NCBI GenBank assembly: GCA_964016885.1
Contig: OZ024764.1
Span: 2,480,001 to 2,544,000, forward strand
DNA from: Eledone cirrhosa
Taxonomy: Eukaryota
Length of the DNA stretch: 64,000 bases
Direction: 5' to 3'
Part shown: positions 36,725 to 52,002 of the stretch, in pieces
Layout of the letters: each line of letters starts with the position of its first letter
Position numbering within the stretch: the stretch's first letter is position 1
Program-made: the position numbers and the translations under genes
Notes under the pieces: model-generated
What the model was told of the DNA's origin: nothing
Database searches by the model: none
What the model saw: only the letters and a program-made list of their open reading frames with translations

Positions 36725-39700
36725 TCTCTGAATTGAGAGACCACAGCTCTGATACTACAGACATGAGATTAGAATGTCTCAGGAAAGAATCTCTGGATTG
36801 ACAGATCATAGCTCTGATACTACAGACATGTGGTTAGAATGTCTGAGGAAAGAATCTCTGAATTGAGAGACCACAGCTCTGATACTACAGACATGAGATT
36901 AGAATGTCTCAGGAAAGAATCTCTGGATTGAGAGATCATAGCTCTGATACTACAGACATGTGGTTAGAATGTCTGAGGAAAGAATCTCTGAATTGAGAGA
37001 CCACAGCTCTGATACTACAGACATGTGGTTAGAATGTCACAGGAAAGAATCTCTGAATTGAGAGATCATAGCTCTGATACTACAGACATGTGGTTAGAAT
37101 GTCTGAGGAAAGAATCTCTGAATTGAGAGATCACAGCTCTGATACTACAGACATGTGGTTAGAATGTCTCAGGAAAGAATCTCTGAATTGAGAGATCACA
37201 GCTCTGATACTACAGACATGTGGTTAGAATGTCTGAGGAAAGAATCTCTGAATTGAGAGACCACAGCTCTGATACTACAGACATGTGGTTAGAATGTCTT
37301 AGGAAAGAATCTCTGAATTGAGAGATCATACTCTGACACTACAGACATGTGGTTAGAATGTCTCAGGAAAGAATCTCTGAATTGAGAGACCACAGCTCTG
37401 ATACTACAGACATGGGGTTAGAATGTCTCAGGAAAGAATCTCTGAATTGGGAGATCACAGCTCTGATACTACAGACATGTGGTCAGAATGTCTCAGGAAA
37501 GAATCTCTGGATTGAGAGACCACAGCTCTGATACTACAGACATGTGGTTAGAATGTCTCAGGAAAGAATCTCTGAATTGGGAGACCACAGCTCTGATACT
37601 ACAGACTTGTGGTTAGAATGTCTCAGGAAAGAATCTCTGAATTGGGAGACCACAGCTCTGATACTACAGACTTGTGGTTAGAATGTCTCAGGAAAGAATC
37701 TCTGAATTGGGAGACCACAGCTCTGATACTACAGACTTGTGGTTAGAATGTCTCAGGAAAGAATCTCTGAATTGGGAGACCACAGCTCTGATACTACAGA
37801 CTTGTGGTTAGAATGTCTCAGGAAAGAATCTCTGAATTGGGAGACCACAGCTCTGATACTACATACATGTGGTTAGAATGTCTCAGGAAAGAATCTCTGA
37901 ATTGGGAGACCACAGCTCTGATACTACAGACTTGTGGTTAGAATGTCTCAGGAAAGAATCTCTGAATTGGGAGACCACAGCTCTGATACTACAGACTTGT
38001 GGTTAGAATGTCTCAGGAAAGAATCTCTGAATTGGGAGACCACAGCTCTGATACTACAGACTTGTGGTTAGAATGTCTCAGGAAAGAATCTCTGAATTGG
38101 GAGACCACAGCTCTGATACTACAGACTTGTGGTTAGAATGTCTGAGGAAAGAATCTCTGAATTGGGAGACCACAGCTCTGATACTACAGACTTGTGGTTA
38201 GAATGTCTGAGGAAAGAATCTCTGAATTGGGAGACCACAGCTCTGATACTACAGACTTGTGGTTAGAATGTCTCAGGAAAGAATCTCTGAATTGGGAGAC
38301 CACAGCTCTGATACTACAGACATGTGGTTAGAATGTCTCAGGAAAGAATCTCTGAATTGGGAGACCACAGCTCTGATACTACAGACTTGTGGTTAGAATG
38401 TCTGAGGAAAGAATCTCTGAATTGGGAGACCACAGCTCTGATACTACAGACTTGTGGTTAGAATGTCTGAGGAAAGAATCTCTGAATTGGGAGACCACAG
38501 CTCTGATACTACAGACTTGTGGTTAGAATGTCTCAGGAAAGAATCTCTGAATTGGGAGACCACAGCTCTGATACTACAGACTTGTGGTTAGAATGTCTCA
38601 GGAAAGAATCTCTGAATTGGGAGACCACAGCTCTGATACTACAGACTTGTGGTTAGAATGTCTCAGGAAAGAATCTCTGAATTGGGAGACCACAGCTCTG
38701 ATACTACAGACTTGTGGTTAGAATGTCTCAGGAAAGAATCTCTGAATTGGGAGACCACAGCTCTGATACTACAGACTTGTGGTTAGAATGTCTCAGGAAA
38801 GAATCTCTGAATTGGGAGACCACAGCTCTGATACTACAGACTTGTGGTTAGAATGTCTCAGGAAAGAATCTCTGAATTGGGAGACCACAGCTCTGATACT
38901 ACAGACTTGTGGTTAGAATGTCTCAGGAAAGAATCTCTGAATTGGGAGACCACAGCTCTGATACTACAGACTTGTGGTTAGAATGTCTGAGGAAAGAATC
39001 TCTGAATTGGGAGACCACAGCTCTGATACTACAGACTTGTGGTTAGAATGTCTGAGGAAAGAATCTCTGAATTGGGAGACCACAGCTCTGATACTACAGA
39101 CTTGTGGTTAGAATGTCTGAGGAAAGAATCTCTGAATTGAGAGATCACAGCTCTGATAATACAGACATGTGGTTAGAATGTCTGAGGAAAGAATCTCTGA
39201 ATTGAGAGATCACAGCTCTGATACTACAGACATGTGGTTAGAATGTCTCAGGAAAGAATCTCTGAATTGAGAGACCACAGCCCTGATACTACAGATATGG
39301 GGTTAGAATGTCTCAGGAAAGAATCTCTGAATTGACAGATGACAGCTCTGATACTACAGACATGTGGGTAGAATGTCTGAGGAAAGAATCTCTGAATTGA
39401 GAGATCACAGCTCTGATAATACAGACATGTGGGTAGAATGTCTGAGGAAAGAATCTCTGAATTGAGAGATCACAGCTCTGATAACTACAGACATGTGGTT
39501 AGAATGACTCATGAAAGAATCTCTGAATTGAGAGACCACAGCTCTGATACTACAGACATGTGGTTAGAATGACTCATGAAAGAATCTCTGAATTGAGAGA
39601 CCACAGCTCTGATACTACAGACATGTGGTTAGAATGTCTCAGGAAAGAATCTCTGAATTGAGAGACCACAGCTCTGATACTACAGACATGAGGTTAGAAT

Positions 39701-42700
39701 GTCTCATGAAAGAATCTCTGAACTGAGAGACCACAGCTCTGATACTACAGACATGTGGTTAGAATGTCTCAGGAAAGAATCTCTGAATTGAGAGACCACA
39801 GCTCTGATACTACAGACTTGTGGTTAGAATGTCTGAGGAGAGAATCTCTGAATTGAGAGATCACAACTCTGATACTACAGACATGTGGTTAGAATGTCTC
39901 AGGAAAGAATCTCTGAATTGAGAGACCACAGCTCTGATACTACAGACATGTGGTTAGAATGTCTCAGGAAAGAATCTCTGAATTGAGAGATCACAGCTCT
40001 GATACTACAGACATGTGGTTAGAATGTCTCAGGAAAGAATCTCTGAATTGAGAGATCACAGCTCTGATACTACAGACATGTGGTTAGAATGTCTCAGGAA
40101 AGAATCTCTGAATTGAGAGATCACAGCTCTGATACTACAGACATGTGGTTAGAATGTCTCAGGAAAGAATCTCTGAATTGAGAGACCACAGCTCTGATAC
40201 TACAGACATGTGGTTAGAATGTCTCAGGAAAGAATCTCTGAATTGAGAGATCACAGCTCTGATACTACAGACATGTGGTTAGAATGTCTCAGGAAAGAAT
40301 CTCTGAATTGAGAGATCACAGCTCTGATACTACAGACATGTGGTTAGAATGTCTCAGGAAAGAATCTCTGAATTGAGAGATCACAGCTCTGATATTACAG
40401 ACATGTGGTTAGAATGTCTCAGGGAAGAACCTCTGAATTGAGAGATCACAGCTCTGATACTACAGACATGTGGTTAGAATATCTCAGGAAAGAATCTCTG
40501 AATTGAGAGATCACAGCTCTGATACTACAGACATGTGGTTAGAATGTCTGAGGAAAGAATCTCTGAATTGAGAGATCACAGCTCTGATACTACAGACATG
40601 TGGTTAGAATGTCTGAGGAAAGAATCTCTGAATTGAGAGATCACAGCTCTGATACTACAGACATGTGGTTAGAATGTCTCAGGAAAGAATCTCTGAATTG
40701 AGAGATCACAGCTCTGATATTACAGACATGTGGTTAGAATGTCTCAGGGAAGAACCTCTGAATTGAGAGATCACAGCTCTGATACTACAGACATGTGGTT
40801 AGAATATCTCAGGAAAGAATCTCTGAATTGAGAGATCACAGCTCTGATACTACAGACATGTGGTTAGAATGTCTCAGGAAAGAATCTCTGAATTGAGAGA
40901 CCACAGCTCTGATACTACAGACATGTGGTTAGAATGTCTGAGGAAAGAATCTCTGAATTGAGAGACCACAGCTCTGATACTACAGACATGTGGTTAGAAT
41001 GTCTCAGGAAAGAATCTCTGAATTGGGAGACCACAGCTCTGATACTACAGACTTGTGGTTAGAATGTCTGAGGAAAGAATCTCTGAATTGGGAGACCACA
41101 GCTCTGATACTACAGACTTGTGGTTAGAATGTCTGAGGAAAGAATCTCTGAATTGGGAGACCACAGCTCTGATACTACAGACTTGTGGTTAGAATGTCTC
41201 AGGAAAGAATCTCTGAATTGGGAGACCACAGCTCTGATACTACAGACTTGTGGTTAGAATGTCTCAGGAAAGAATCTCTGAATTGGGAGACCACAGCTCT
41301 GATACTACAGACTTGTGGTTAGAATGTCTCAGGAAAGAATCTCTGAATTGGGAGACCACAGCTCTGATACTACAGACTTGTGGTTAGAATGTCTCAGGAA
41401 AGAATCTCTGAATTGGGAGACCACAGCTCTGATACTACAGACTTGTGGTTAGAATGTCTCAGGAAAGAATCTCTGAATTGGGAGACCACAGCTCTGATAC
41501 TACAGACTTGTGGTTAGAATGTCTCAGGAAAGAATCTCTGAATTGGGAGACCACAGCTCTGATACTACAGACTTGTGGTTAGAATGTCTCAGGAAAGAAT
41601 CTCTGAATTGGGAGACCACAGCTCTGATACTACAGACTTGTGGTTAGAATGTCTCAGGAAAGAATCTCTGAATTGGGAGACCACAGCTCTGATACTACAG
41701 ACTTGTGGTTAGAATGTCTCAGGAAAGAATCTCTGAATTGGGAGACCACAGCTCTGATACTACAGACTTGTGGTTAGAATGTCTCAGGAAAGAATCTCTG
41801 AATTGGGAGACCACAGCTCTGATACTACAGACTTGTGGTTAGAATGTCTCAGGAAAGAATCTCTGAATTGGGAGACCACAGCTCTGATACTACAGACTTG
41901 TGGTTAGAATGTCTGAGGAAAGAATCTCTGAATTGGGAGACCACAGCTCTGATACTACAGACTTGTGGTTAGAATGTCTGAGGAAAGAATCTCTGAATTG
42001 GGAGACCACAGCTCTGATACTACAGACTTGTGGTTAGAATGTCTGAGGAAAGAATCTCTGAATTGAGAGATCACAGCTCTGATAATACAGACATGTGGTT
42101 AGAATGTCTGAGGAAAGAATCTCTGAATTGAGAGATCACAGCTCTGATACTACAGACATGTGGTTAGAATGTCTCAGGAAAGAATCTCTGAATTGAGAGA
42201 CCACAGCCCTGATACTACAGATATGGGGTTAGAATGTCTCAGGAAAGAATCTCTGAATTGACAGATGACAGCTCTGATACTACAGACATGTGGGTAGAAT
42301 GTCTGAGGAAAGAATCTCTGAATTGAGAGATCACAGCTCTGATAATACAGACATGTGGGTAGAATGTCTGAGGAAAGAATCTCTGAATTGAGAGATCACA
42401 GCTCTGATAACTACAGACATGTGGTTAGAATGACTCATGAAAGAATCTCTGAATTGAGAGACCACAGCTCTGATACTACAGACATGTGGTTAGAATGACT
42501 CATGAAAGAATCTCTGAATTGAGAGACCACAGCTCTGATACTACAGACATGAAGTTAGAATGTCTCATGAAAGAATCTCTGAACTGAGAGACCACAGCTC
42601 TGATACTACAGACATGTGGTTAGAATGTCTCAGGAAAGAATCTCTGAATTGAGAGACCACAGCTCTGATACTACAGACTTGTGGTTAGAATGTCTGAGGA

Positions 42701-44268
42701 GAGAATCTCTGAATTGAGAGATCACAACTCTGATACTACAGACATGTGGTTAGAATGTCTCAGGAAAGAATCTCTGAATTGAGAGACCACAGCTCTGATA
42801 CTACAGACATGTGGTTAGAATGTCTCAGGAAAGAATCTCTGAATTGAGAGATCACAGCTCTGATACTACAGACATGTGGTTAGAATGTCTCAGGAAAGAA
42901 TCTCTGAATTGAGAGATCACAGCTCTGATACTACAGACATGTGGTTAGAATGTCTCAGGAAAGAATCTCTGAATTGAGAGATCACAGCTCTGATACTACA
43001 GACATGTGGTTAGAATGTCTCAGGAAAGAATCTCTGAATTGAGAGACCACAGCTCTGATACTACAGACATGTGGTTAGAATGTCTCAGGAAAGAATCTCT
43101 GAATTGAGAGATCACAGCTCTGATACTACAGACATGTGGTTAGAATGTCTCAGGAAAGAATCTCTGAATTGAGAGATCACAGCTCTGATACTACAGACAT
43201 GTGGTTAGAATGTCTCAGGAAAGAATCTCTGAATTGAGAGATCACAGCTCTGATATTACAGACATGTGGTTAGAATGTCTCAGGGAAGAACCTCTGAATT
43301 GAGAGATCACAGCTCTGATACTACAGACATGTGGTTAGAATATCTCAGGAAAGAATCTCTGAATTGAGAGATCACAGCTCTGATACTACAGACATGTGGT
43401 TAGAATGTCTGAGGAAAGAATCTCTGAATTGAGAGATCACAGCTCTGATACTACAGACATGTGGTTAGAATGTCTGAGGAAAGAATCTCTGAATTGAGAG
43501 ATCACAGCTCTGATACTACAGACATGTGGTTAGAATGTCTCAGGAAAGAATCTCTGAATTGAGAGATCACAGCTCTGATATTACAGACATGTGGTTAGAA
43601 TGTCTCAGGGAAGAACCTCTGAATTGAGAGATCACAGCTCTGATACTACAGACATGTGGTTAGAATGTCTCAGGAAAGAATCTCTGAACTGAGAGATCAC
43701 AGCTCTGATACTACAGACATGAGGTTAGAATGTCTGAGGAAAGAATCTCTGAATTGAGAGATCACAGCTCTGATACTACAGACATGTGGTTAGAATGTCT
43801 CAGGAAAGAACCTCTGTATTGAGAGATCACAGCTCTGATATTACAGACATGTGGTTAGAATGTCTCAGGGAAGAACCTCTGAATTGAGAGATCACAGCTC
43901 TGATACTACAGACATGTGGTTAGAATGTCTCAGGGAAGAACCTCTGAATTGAGAGATCACAGCTCTGATACTACAGACATGTGGTTAGAATGTCTCAGGG
44001 AAGAACCTCTGAATTGAGAGATCACTGCTCTGATACTACAGACATGTGGTTAGAATATCTCAGGAAAGAATCTCTGAATTGAGAGATCACAGCTCTGATA
44101 CTACAGACATGTGGTTAGAATGTCTCAGGAAAGAATCTCTGAATTGAGAGACCACAGCTCTGATACTACAGACATGTGGTTAGAATGTCTCAGGAAAGAA
44201 TCTCTGAATTGAGAGATCACAGCTCTGATACTACAGACATGTGGTTAGAATGTCTCAGGAAAGAATCT
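36725..44268. repeat. 65-bp satellite array, about 116 copies, with higher-order duplication
   Basis: Unit GAATGTCTCAGGAAAGAATCTCTGAATTGAGAGACCACAGCTCTGATACTACAGACATGTGGTTA. Confidence 0.97.
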
Positions 44269-44531
44269 GGACAGATTTTGTAGGCGAAAAGAACAGGTAG
44301 GAGAACCCGGGTGGGTCATGCTTGCAGATCCAGCCAGATCAGTTGGGGACGGTTGCTTCTGACAGGAATAAGTGGTCGAAGTAAGAAGGAGGTTTTTATA
44401 CATCTCACATCTGACGAGCCCAAGTTATCGGAAATGGTAGGATGAACAATCTAGACGTGGTCCTCGGTGAAATGTGTATCACAGAGATATAAATAAACCT
44501 AAACTACAACTGCATATGGCTTCTGATCTTT

Positions 44532-47500
44532 TAACCCTTTAGCATTTAATCTGGCCATATCTGACCAGAGTTCTCTCATTTCTTTCTGTTCAAACTGGCT
44601 GTAACTGGCAGCTCATCATGTGAAGGTATTGTTCTCAAAATATTTAATATCAAAATCTCATCGATTTGATATTACGTGAGATAAAGCCTTTACTGTGACA
44701 ATACAGTAGTATATATAGAGTAATGTAAATGTTATGTGAGATATTATGTGAGGTAAAGCCTTTACTGTGACAATACAATAGTATATATAGAGTAATGTAA
44801 ATGTTATGTGAGATATTATGTGAGGTAAAGCCTTTACTGTGACAATACAATAGTATATATAGAGTAATGTAAATGTTATGTGAGATATTATGTGAGGTAA
44901 AGCCTCTACTGTGAAAATACAATAGTATATATAGAGTAATGTAAATATTATGTGAGGTAAAGCCTTTACTGTGACAATACAATAGTATATATAGAGTAAT
45001 GTAAATGTTATGTGAGATATTATGTGAGGTAAAGCCTTTACTGTGAAAATACAATAGTATATATAGAGTAATGTAAATGTTATGTGAGATATTATGTGAG
45101 GTAAAGCCTTTACTGTGAAAATACAATAGTATATATAGAGTAATGTAGATGTTATGTGAGATATTATGTGAGGTAAAGCCTTTACTGTGAAAATACAATA
45201 GTATATATAGAGTAATGTAGATGTTATGTGAGATATTATGTGCGGTAAAGCCTTTACTGTGAAAATACAATAGTATATATAGAGTAATGTAGATGTTATG
45301 TGAGATATTATGTGCGGTAAAGCCTTTACTGTGAAAATACAATAGTATATATAGAGTAATGTAAATGTTATGTGAGATATTATGTGAGGTAAAGCCTTTA
45401 CTGTGAAAATACAATAGTATATATAGAGTAATGTAAATGTTATGTGAGATATTATGTGAGGTAAAGCCTATACTGTGAAAATACAATAGTATATATAGAG
45501 TAATGTAAATGTTATGTGAGATATTATGTGAGGTAAAGCCTTTACTGTGAAAATACAATAGTATATATAGAGTAATGTAAATATTATGTGAGGTAAAGCC
45601 TTTACTGTGACAATACAATAGTATATATAGAGTAATGTAGATGTTATGTGAGATATTATGTGCGGTAAAGCCTTTACTGTGAAAATACAATAGTATATAT
45701 AGAGTAATGTAAATGTTATGTGAGATATTATGTGAGGTAAAGCCTTTACTGTGACAATACAATAGTATATATAGAGTAATGTAAATGTTATGTGAGATAT
45801 TATGTGAGGTAAAGCCTATACTGTGAAAATACAATAGTATATATAGAGTAATGTAAATGTTATGTGAGATATTATGTGAGGTAAAGCCTTTACTGTGACA
45901 ATACAATAGTATATATAGAGTAATGTAAATGTTTTGGGAGATATTATGTGAGGTAAAGACTTTACTGTGAAAATACAATAGTATATATAGAGTAATGTAA
46001 ATGTTATGTGAGATATTATGTGAGGTAAAGCCTTTACTGTGAAAATACAATAGTATATATAGAGTAATGTAAATGTTATGTGAGATATTATGTGAGGTAA
46101 AGCCTTTACTGTGACAATACAATAGTATATATAGAGTAATGTAAATGTTATGTGAGATATTATGTGAGGTAAAGACTTTACTGTGACAATACAATAGTAT
46201 ATATAGAGTAATGTAAATGTTATGTGAGATATTATGTGAGGTTAAGCCTTTACTGTGACAATACAATAGTATATATAGAGTAATGTAAATGTTATGTGAG
46301 ATATTATGTGAGGTAAAGCCTTTACTGTGAAAATACAATAGTATATATAGAGTAATGTAAATGTTATGTGAGATATTATGTGAGGTAAAGCCTTTACTGT
46401 GAAAATACAATAGTATATATAGAGTAATGTAAATGTTATGTGAGATATTATGTGAGGTAAAGCCTTTACTGTGAAAATACAATAGTATATATAGAGTAAT
46501 GTAGATGTTATGTGAGATATTATGTGAGGTGAAGCCTTTACTGTGAAAATACAATAGTATATATAGAGTAATGTAAATGTTATGTGAGATATTATGTGAG
46601 GTAAAGCCTTTACTGTGACAATACAATAGTATATATAGAGTAATGTAAATGTTATGTGAGATATTATGTGAGGTAAAGCCTATACTGTGAAAATACAATA
46701 GTATATATAGAGTAATGTAAATGTTATGTGAGATATTATGTGAGGTAAAGCCTTTACTGTGACAATACAATAGTATATATAGAGTAATGTAAATGTTTTG
46801 GGAGATATTATGTGAGGTAAAGACTTTACTGTGAAAATACAATAGTATATATAGAGTAATGTAAATGTTATGTGAGATATTATGTGAGGTAAAGCCTTTA
46901 CTGTGAAAATACAATAGTATATATAGAGTAATGTAAATGTTATGTGAGATATTATGTGAGGTAAAGCCTTTACTGTGACAATACAATAGTATATATAGAG
47001 TAATGTAAATGTTACGTGAGATATTATGTGAGGTAAAGCCTTTACTGTGAAAATACAATAGTATATATAGAGTAATGTAAATGTTATGTGAGATATTATG
47101 TGAGGTAAAGCCTTTACTGTGACAATACAATAGTATATATAGAGTAATGTAATTGTTATGTGAGATATTATGTGAGATAAAGCTTTTACTGTGAAAATAC
47201 AATAGTATATGTAGAGTAATGTAAATGTTATGTGAGATATTATGTGAGGTAAAGCCTTTACTGTGACAATACAATAGTATATATAGAGTAATGTAGATGT
47301 TATGTGAGATATTATGTGCGGTAAAGCCTTTACTGTGAAAATACAATAGTATATATAGAGTAATGTAAATGTTATGTGAGATATTATGTGAGGTAAAGCC
47401 TTTACTGTGAAAATACAATAGTATATATAGAGTAATGTAGATGTTATGTGAGATATTATGTGAGGTGAAGCCTTTACTGTGAAAATACAATAGTATATAT

Positions 47501-49160
47501 AGAGTAATGTAAATGTTATGTGAGATATTATGTGAGGTAAAGCCTTTACTGTGACAATACAATAGTATATATAGAGTAATGTAAATGTTATGTGAGATAT
47601 TATGTGAGGTAAAGCCTATACTGTGAAAATACAATAGTATATATAGAGTAATGTAAATGTTATGTGAGATATTATGTGAGGTAAAGCCTTTACTGTGACA
47701 ATACAATAGTATATATAGAGTAATGTAAATGTTTTGGGAGATATTATGTGAGGTAAAGACTTTACTGTGAAAATACAATAGTATATATAGAGTAATGTAA
47801 ATGTTATGTGAGATATTATGTGAGGTAAAGCCTTTACTGTGAAAATACAATAGTATATATAGAGTAATGTAAATGTTATGTGAGATATTATGTGAGGTAA
47901 AGCCTTTACTGTGACAATACAATAGTATATATAGAGTAATGTAAATGTTACGTGAGATATTATGTGAGGTAAAGCCTTTACTGTGAAAATACAATAGTAT
48001 ATATAGAGTAATGTAAATGTTATGTGAGATATTATGTGAGGTAAAGCCTTTACTGTGACAATACAATAGTATATATAGAGTAATGTAATTGTTATGTGAG
48101 ATATTATGTGAGATAAAGCTTTTACTGTGAAAATACAATAGTATATGTAGAGTAATGTAAATGTTATGTGAGATATTATGTGAGGTAAAGCCTTTACTGT
48201 GACAATACAATAGTATATATAGAGTAATGTAGATGTTATGTGAGATATTATGTGCGGTAAAGCCTTTACTGTGAAAATACAATAGTATATATAGAGTAAT
48301 GTAAATGTTATGTGAGATATTATGTGAGGTAAAGCCTTTACTGTGAAAATACATTAGTATATATAGAGTAATGTAAATGTTATGTGAGATATTATGTGAG
48401 GTAAATCCTTTACCGTGAAAATACAATAGTATATATAGAGTAATGTAAATGTTATGTGAGATATTATGTGAGGTAAAGCCTTTACTGTGAAAATACAATA
48501 GTATATATAGAGTAATGTAAATGTTATGTGAGATATTATGTGAGGTAAAGCCTTTACTGTGAAAATACAATAGTATATATAGAGTAATGTAAATGTTATG
48601 TGAGATATTATGTGAGGTAAAGCCTTTACTGTGACAATACAATAGTATATATAGAGTAATGTAAATGGTATGTGAGATATTATGTGAGGTAAAGCCTTTA
48701 CTGTGAAAATACAATAGTATATATAGAGTAATGTAAATGTTATGTGAGGTATTATGTGAAGTAAAGCCTTTACTGTGAAAATACAATAGTATATATAGAG
48801 TAATGTAAATGTTATGTGAGATATTATGTGAGGTAAAGCCTTTACTGTGAACATACAATAGTATATATAGAGTAATGTAAATGTTATGTGAGATATTATG
48901 GGAGGTAAAGCCTTTACTGTGAACATACAATAGTATATATAGAGTAATGTAAATGTTATGTGAGGTAAAGCCTTTACTGTGAACATACAATAGTATATAT
49001 AGAGTAATGTAAATGTTATGTGAGGTATTATGTGAGGTAAAGCCTTTACTGTGAACATACAATAGTATATATAGAGTAATGTAAATGTTATGTGAGATAT
49101 TATGGGAGGTAAAGCCTTTACTGTGACAATACAATAGTATATATAGAGTAATGTAAATGT
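44532..49160 (+). mobile_element. piggyBac-like MITE left end followed by about 63 units of the 72-bp satellite
   Basis: TTAA-CCCTTTAGCATTTA terminus, ~140-bp leader, then the array from ~44670 to 49160. Confidence 0.8.
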
Positions 49161-49527
49161 AATGTTCCGTACCATTTATACATTTTGTTGAGTGCTTCAT
49201 TTTATCTGCATTACAGCCAACTGACTAAAATACGGTTTGTACATCCCTGCTTGGTTTGGCCCTTATTTTAATAATAATAATTGTTTCTACTTTTGGCACA
49301 AGGCCAGCAATTACCCCAGTGTATTACTGCTACTTTATATTATCGACCCCGTAAGGATGAAAGGCAAAGTTAACCTCGGCGGGATTTGATAATAAAATAT
49401 ATATTTTATTAAATATATATATATATATACACACACACACATATATATATATGCATATATATGTATAGATATATATATAGATATATATATACATATATAT
49501 GCATATATATGTATACATATATATATA

Positions 49528-50468
49528 TGTTGTTATACTTTGGGAGGGTCATGTTGCCAATAAGAAACACACGCACCAGTTGCTTTCACTCCAATCTATA
49601 TATATAAAGCTGTGGTTGTCTGTCTGTCTATCGATTTTTGGCACAATCTTAGAATCTCTGACGGAATTGCACCGAAATTGCTCTACTTGTACATTGAGCC
49701 CTAGCGAAGACATCGGAAAAAAAATATTTCAAATTGACCCACCCTATGTGACGAAATCGAATCTAATGTATCGATTTTTGAGCGTAAGTGACGAGTTATT
49801 TCCCTTTGTTCTGTTTACATTGAGCGTCTTACGTTCTGTTTACATTTTCTGCGTGCAAAAATTAAAAAAATTACGCTGGCTTTCTCAGCGTTTAAAATGA
49901 CATTAACACAATACACGAACAGCTGTCGAGCCAGCAAAATTTTGACCCGCAAAATTCATCAGTTCGAACACTAAGCTTCCGTTTTGCTTCATTTCCATTT
50001 AAAAGCCTTATAAAACAATATTTTTACTTGAAAACAAGTCTATTTAAAGACTACGTAAAACAAGCAAATATTTCATAAGAAAAAGCAAAAATTATATAAG
50101 TTTATTTAAAATATATGTATCTGTAAATTTCGTTAGGCGTGCAGACAGACAGTCGTGCAGACAGACTTTAAGCCAAAAAAGAAACTTAACATTGTAACTT
50201 TAACACAGCTACTGAGCGACCCCGAGCAACGCCGGGCTTTACTGCTAGTTTATTATAAATTAAATTTATAAATTTCCGGTTGGTTGGTCGGTTGGTTCCA
50301 CAACCAGACGGTTGTTCATATATATATATATATATATAAACAACCGTCTGGTTGTGGAACCAACCAACCAACCGGATATTTATAAATTTAATTTATAATA
50401 AATTGAAGTGAAAGCAACTGGTGCGTGTGTTTCTTATTGGCAACATGACCCTCCCAAAGTATAACAAT
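49528..50468. repeat. Long hairpin element interrupted by a Helitron-like insertion
   Basis: Left arm 49528-49594 plus 50249-50315 is the reverse complement of 50339-50468; the loop is (TA)n. Confidence 0.85.
49595..50248 (+). mobile_element. Non-autonomous Helitron
   Basis: A|TCTATATATATAAAG 5' end, (GTCT)n, 3' hairpin CCCGAGCAACGCCGGG then CTAG|T; no TSD, confirmed by the intact opposite hairpin arm. Confidence 0.88.
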
Positions 50469-50524
50469 ATCGGTTTCAACACACATTCTCAGATAAAGAA
50501 TTTTGCTAAACAAATTCAGAAACG

Positions 50525-50526
<2 letters not shown>

Positions 50527-50575
<49 letters not shown>

Positions 50576-51235
50576 CACATATATATGTATACACATATAT
50601 ATATATGTATACATATATATATATGCATATCAATGTATACATATATATATAAATATATATATGTATACATATATATATTTATATATACATATACATATGT
50701 AAGTATATATATGTATGAATATATATATATGAATATATATATATGTATATATATATTACACATGACTAACCCATGCCAGCGTGGATAAATGGACGTAAAA
50801 TGATGATGATGACACATATACATACATACATATATATATATATACATACATATATACACATACATATATACATACACACATACACACATATGTATATATA
50901 TATATACACACACATTCATATATATATATATGCATACATATACATACATACATATATATACATACACATATATATATATACATATATACACATATATATA
51001 TATATATATGCATGGATATATACACACACACATATATGTACATACATAGATATATACACTTATATATATACACACACACACACACATATATATATATACA
51101 CACATATATATACATATATATACATACATATATACACATATATACATACATTTATACACATATATATATACACACATATATATATATATATATATACATA
51201 CATATATATACATATATATATATACATATACACAA

Positions 51236-51306
<71 letters not shown>

Positions 51307-51309
51307 CAT

Positions 51310-51350
<41 letters not shown>

Positions 51351-51757
51351 TACACTTATATATATACACACACACATATATATATATATATACATATACA
51401 CACACACATATATATATACATTTATACACATATATATCATCATCATCATCATTTTACATCTGCTTTTCCCTGCTTGCAAGGGTGGGACGGGAAATGATTC
51501 TGGCTTGATTTCTACAGCTGGATACCCTTCCTAACACCAACCTCATTTACAGTGAGTGCTGGCTGCTTTTTTTTATATATACATACATATATATATATAT
51601 ATATACATATACACAAATATATATATATATACATATATACACATATATATACATACTTACATACTCATATATATATATATACATATATACACACATATAT
51701 ACACACATATGTATATACATACATATATATGCACATACATATATACATACATATATA

Positions 51758-51799
<42 letters not shown>

Positions 51800-51874
51800 T
51801 ATATACATATATACACACATATATACATACATATATATATACACATACATATATATATATATGCATATATATAT

Positions 51875-51914
<40 letters not shown>

Positions 51915-51990
51915 GTACATACAGATATACACATATATATATATACATACATATATATATATATATACATACATATACACACATATATAC
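50527..51990. repeat. (TA)n/(CA)n tract with SINE-tail fragments
   Basis: Direct reading; SINE 1 tail at ~51438-51570. Confidence 0.92.
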
Positions 51991-52002
51991 ATTCATACGT
52001 TC

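Noticed and set aside
44405-44490. Hammerhead at CTGACGAG...GAAA (also degenerate cores at ~31146, ~31375, ~34540)
   Set aside because: Convincing stems I-III could not be built by eye; probably decayed Penelope-like remnants.
44650-49200. 1516-aa ORF
   Set aside because: Translation of the 72-bp satellite (24-aa period); no domain, and the same unit is interrupted by stops and frameshifts at 1-2237.
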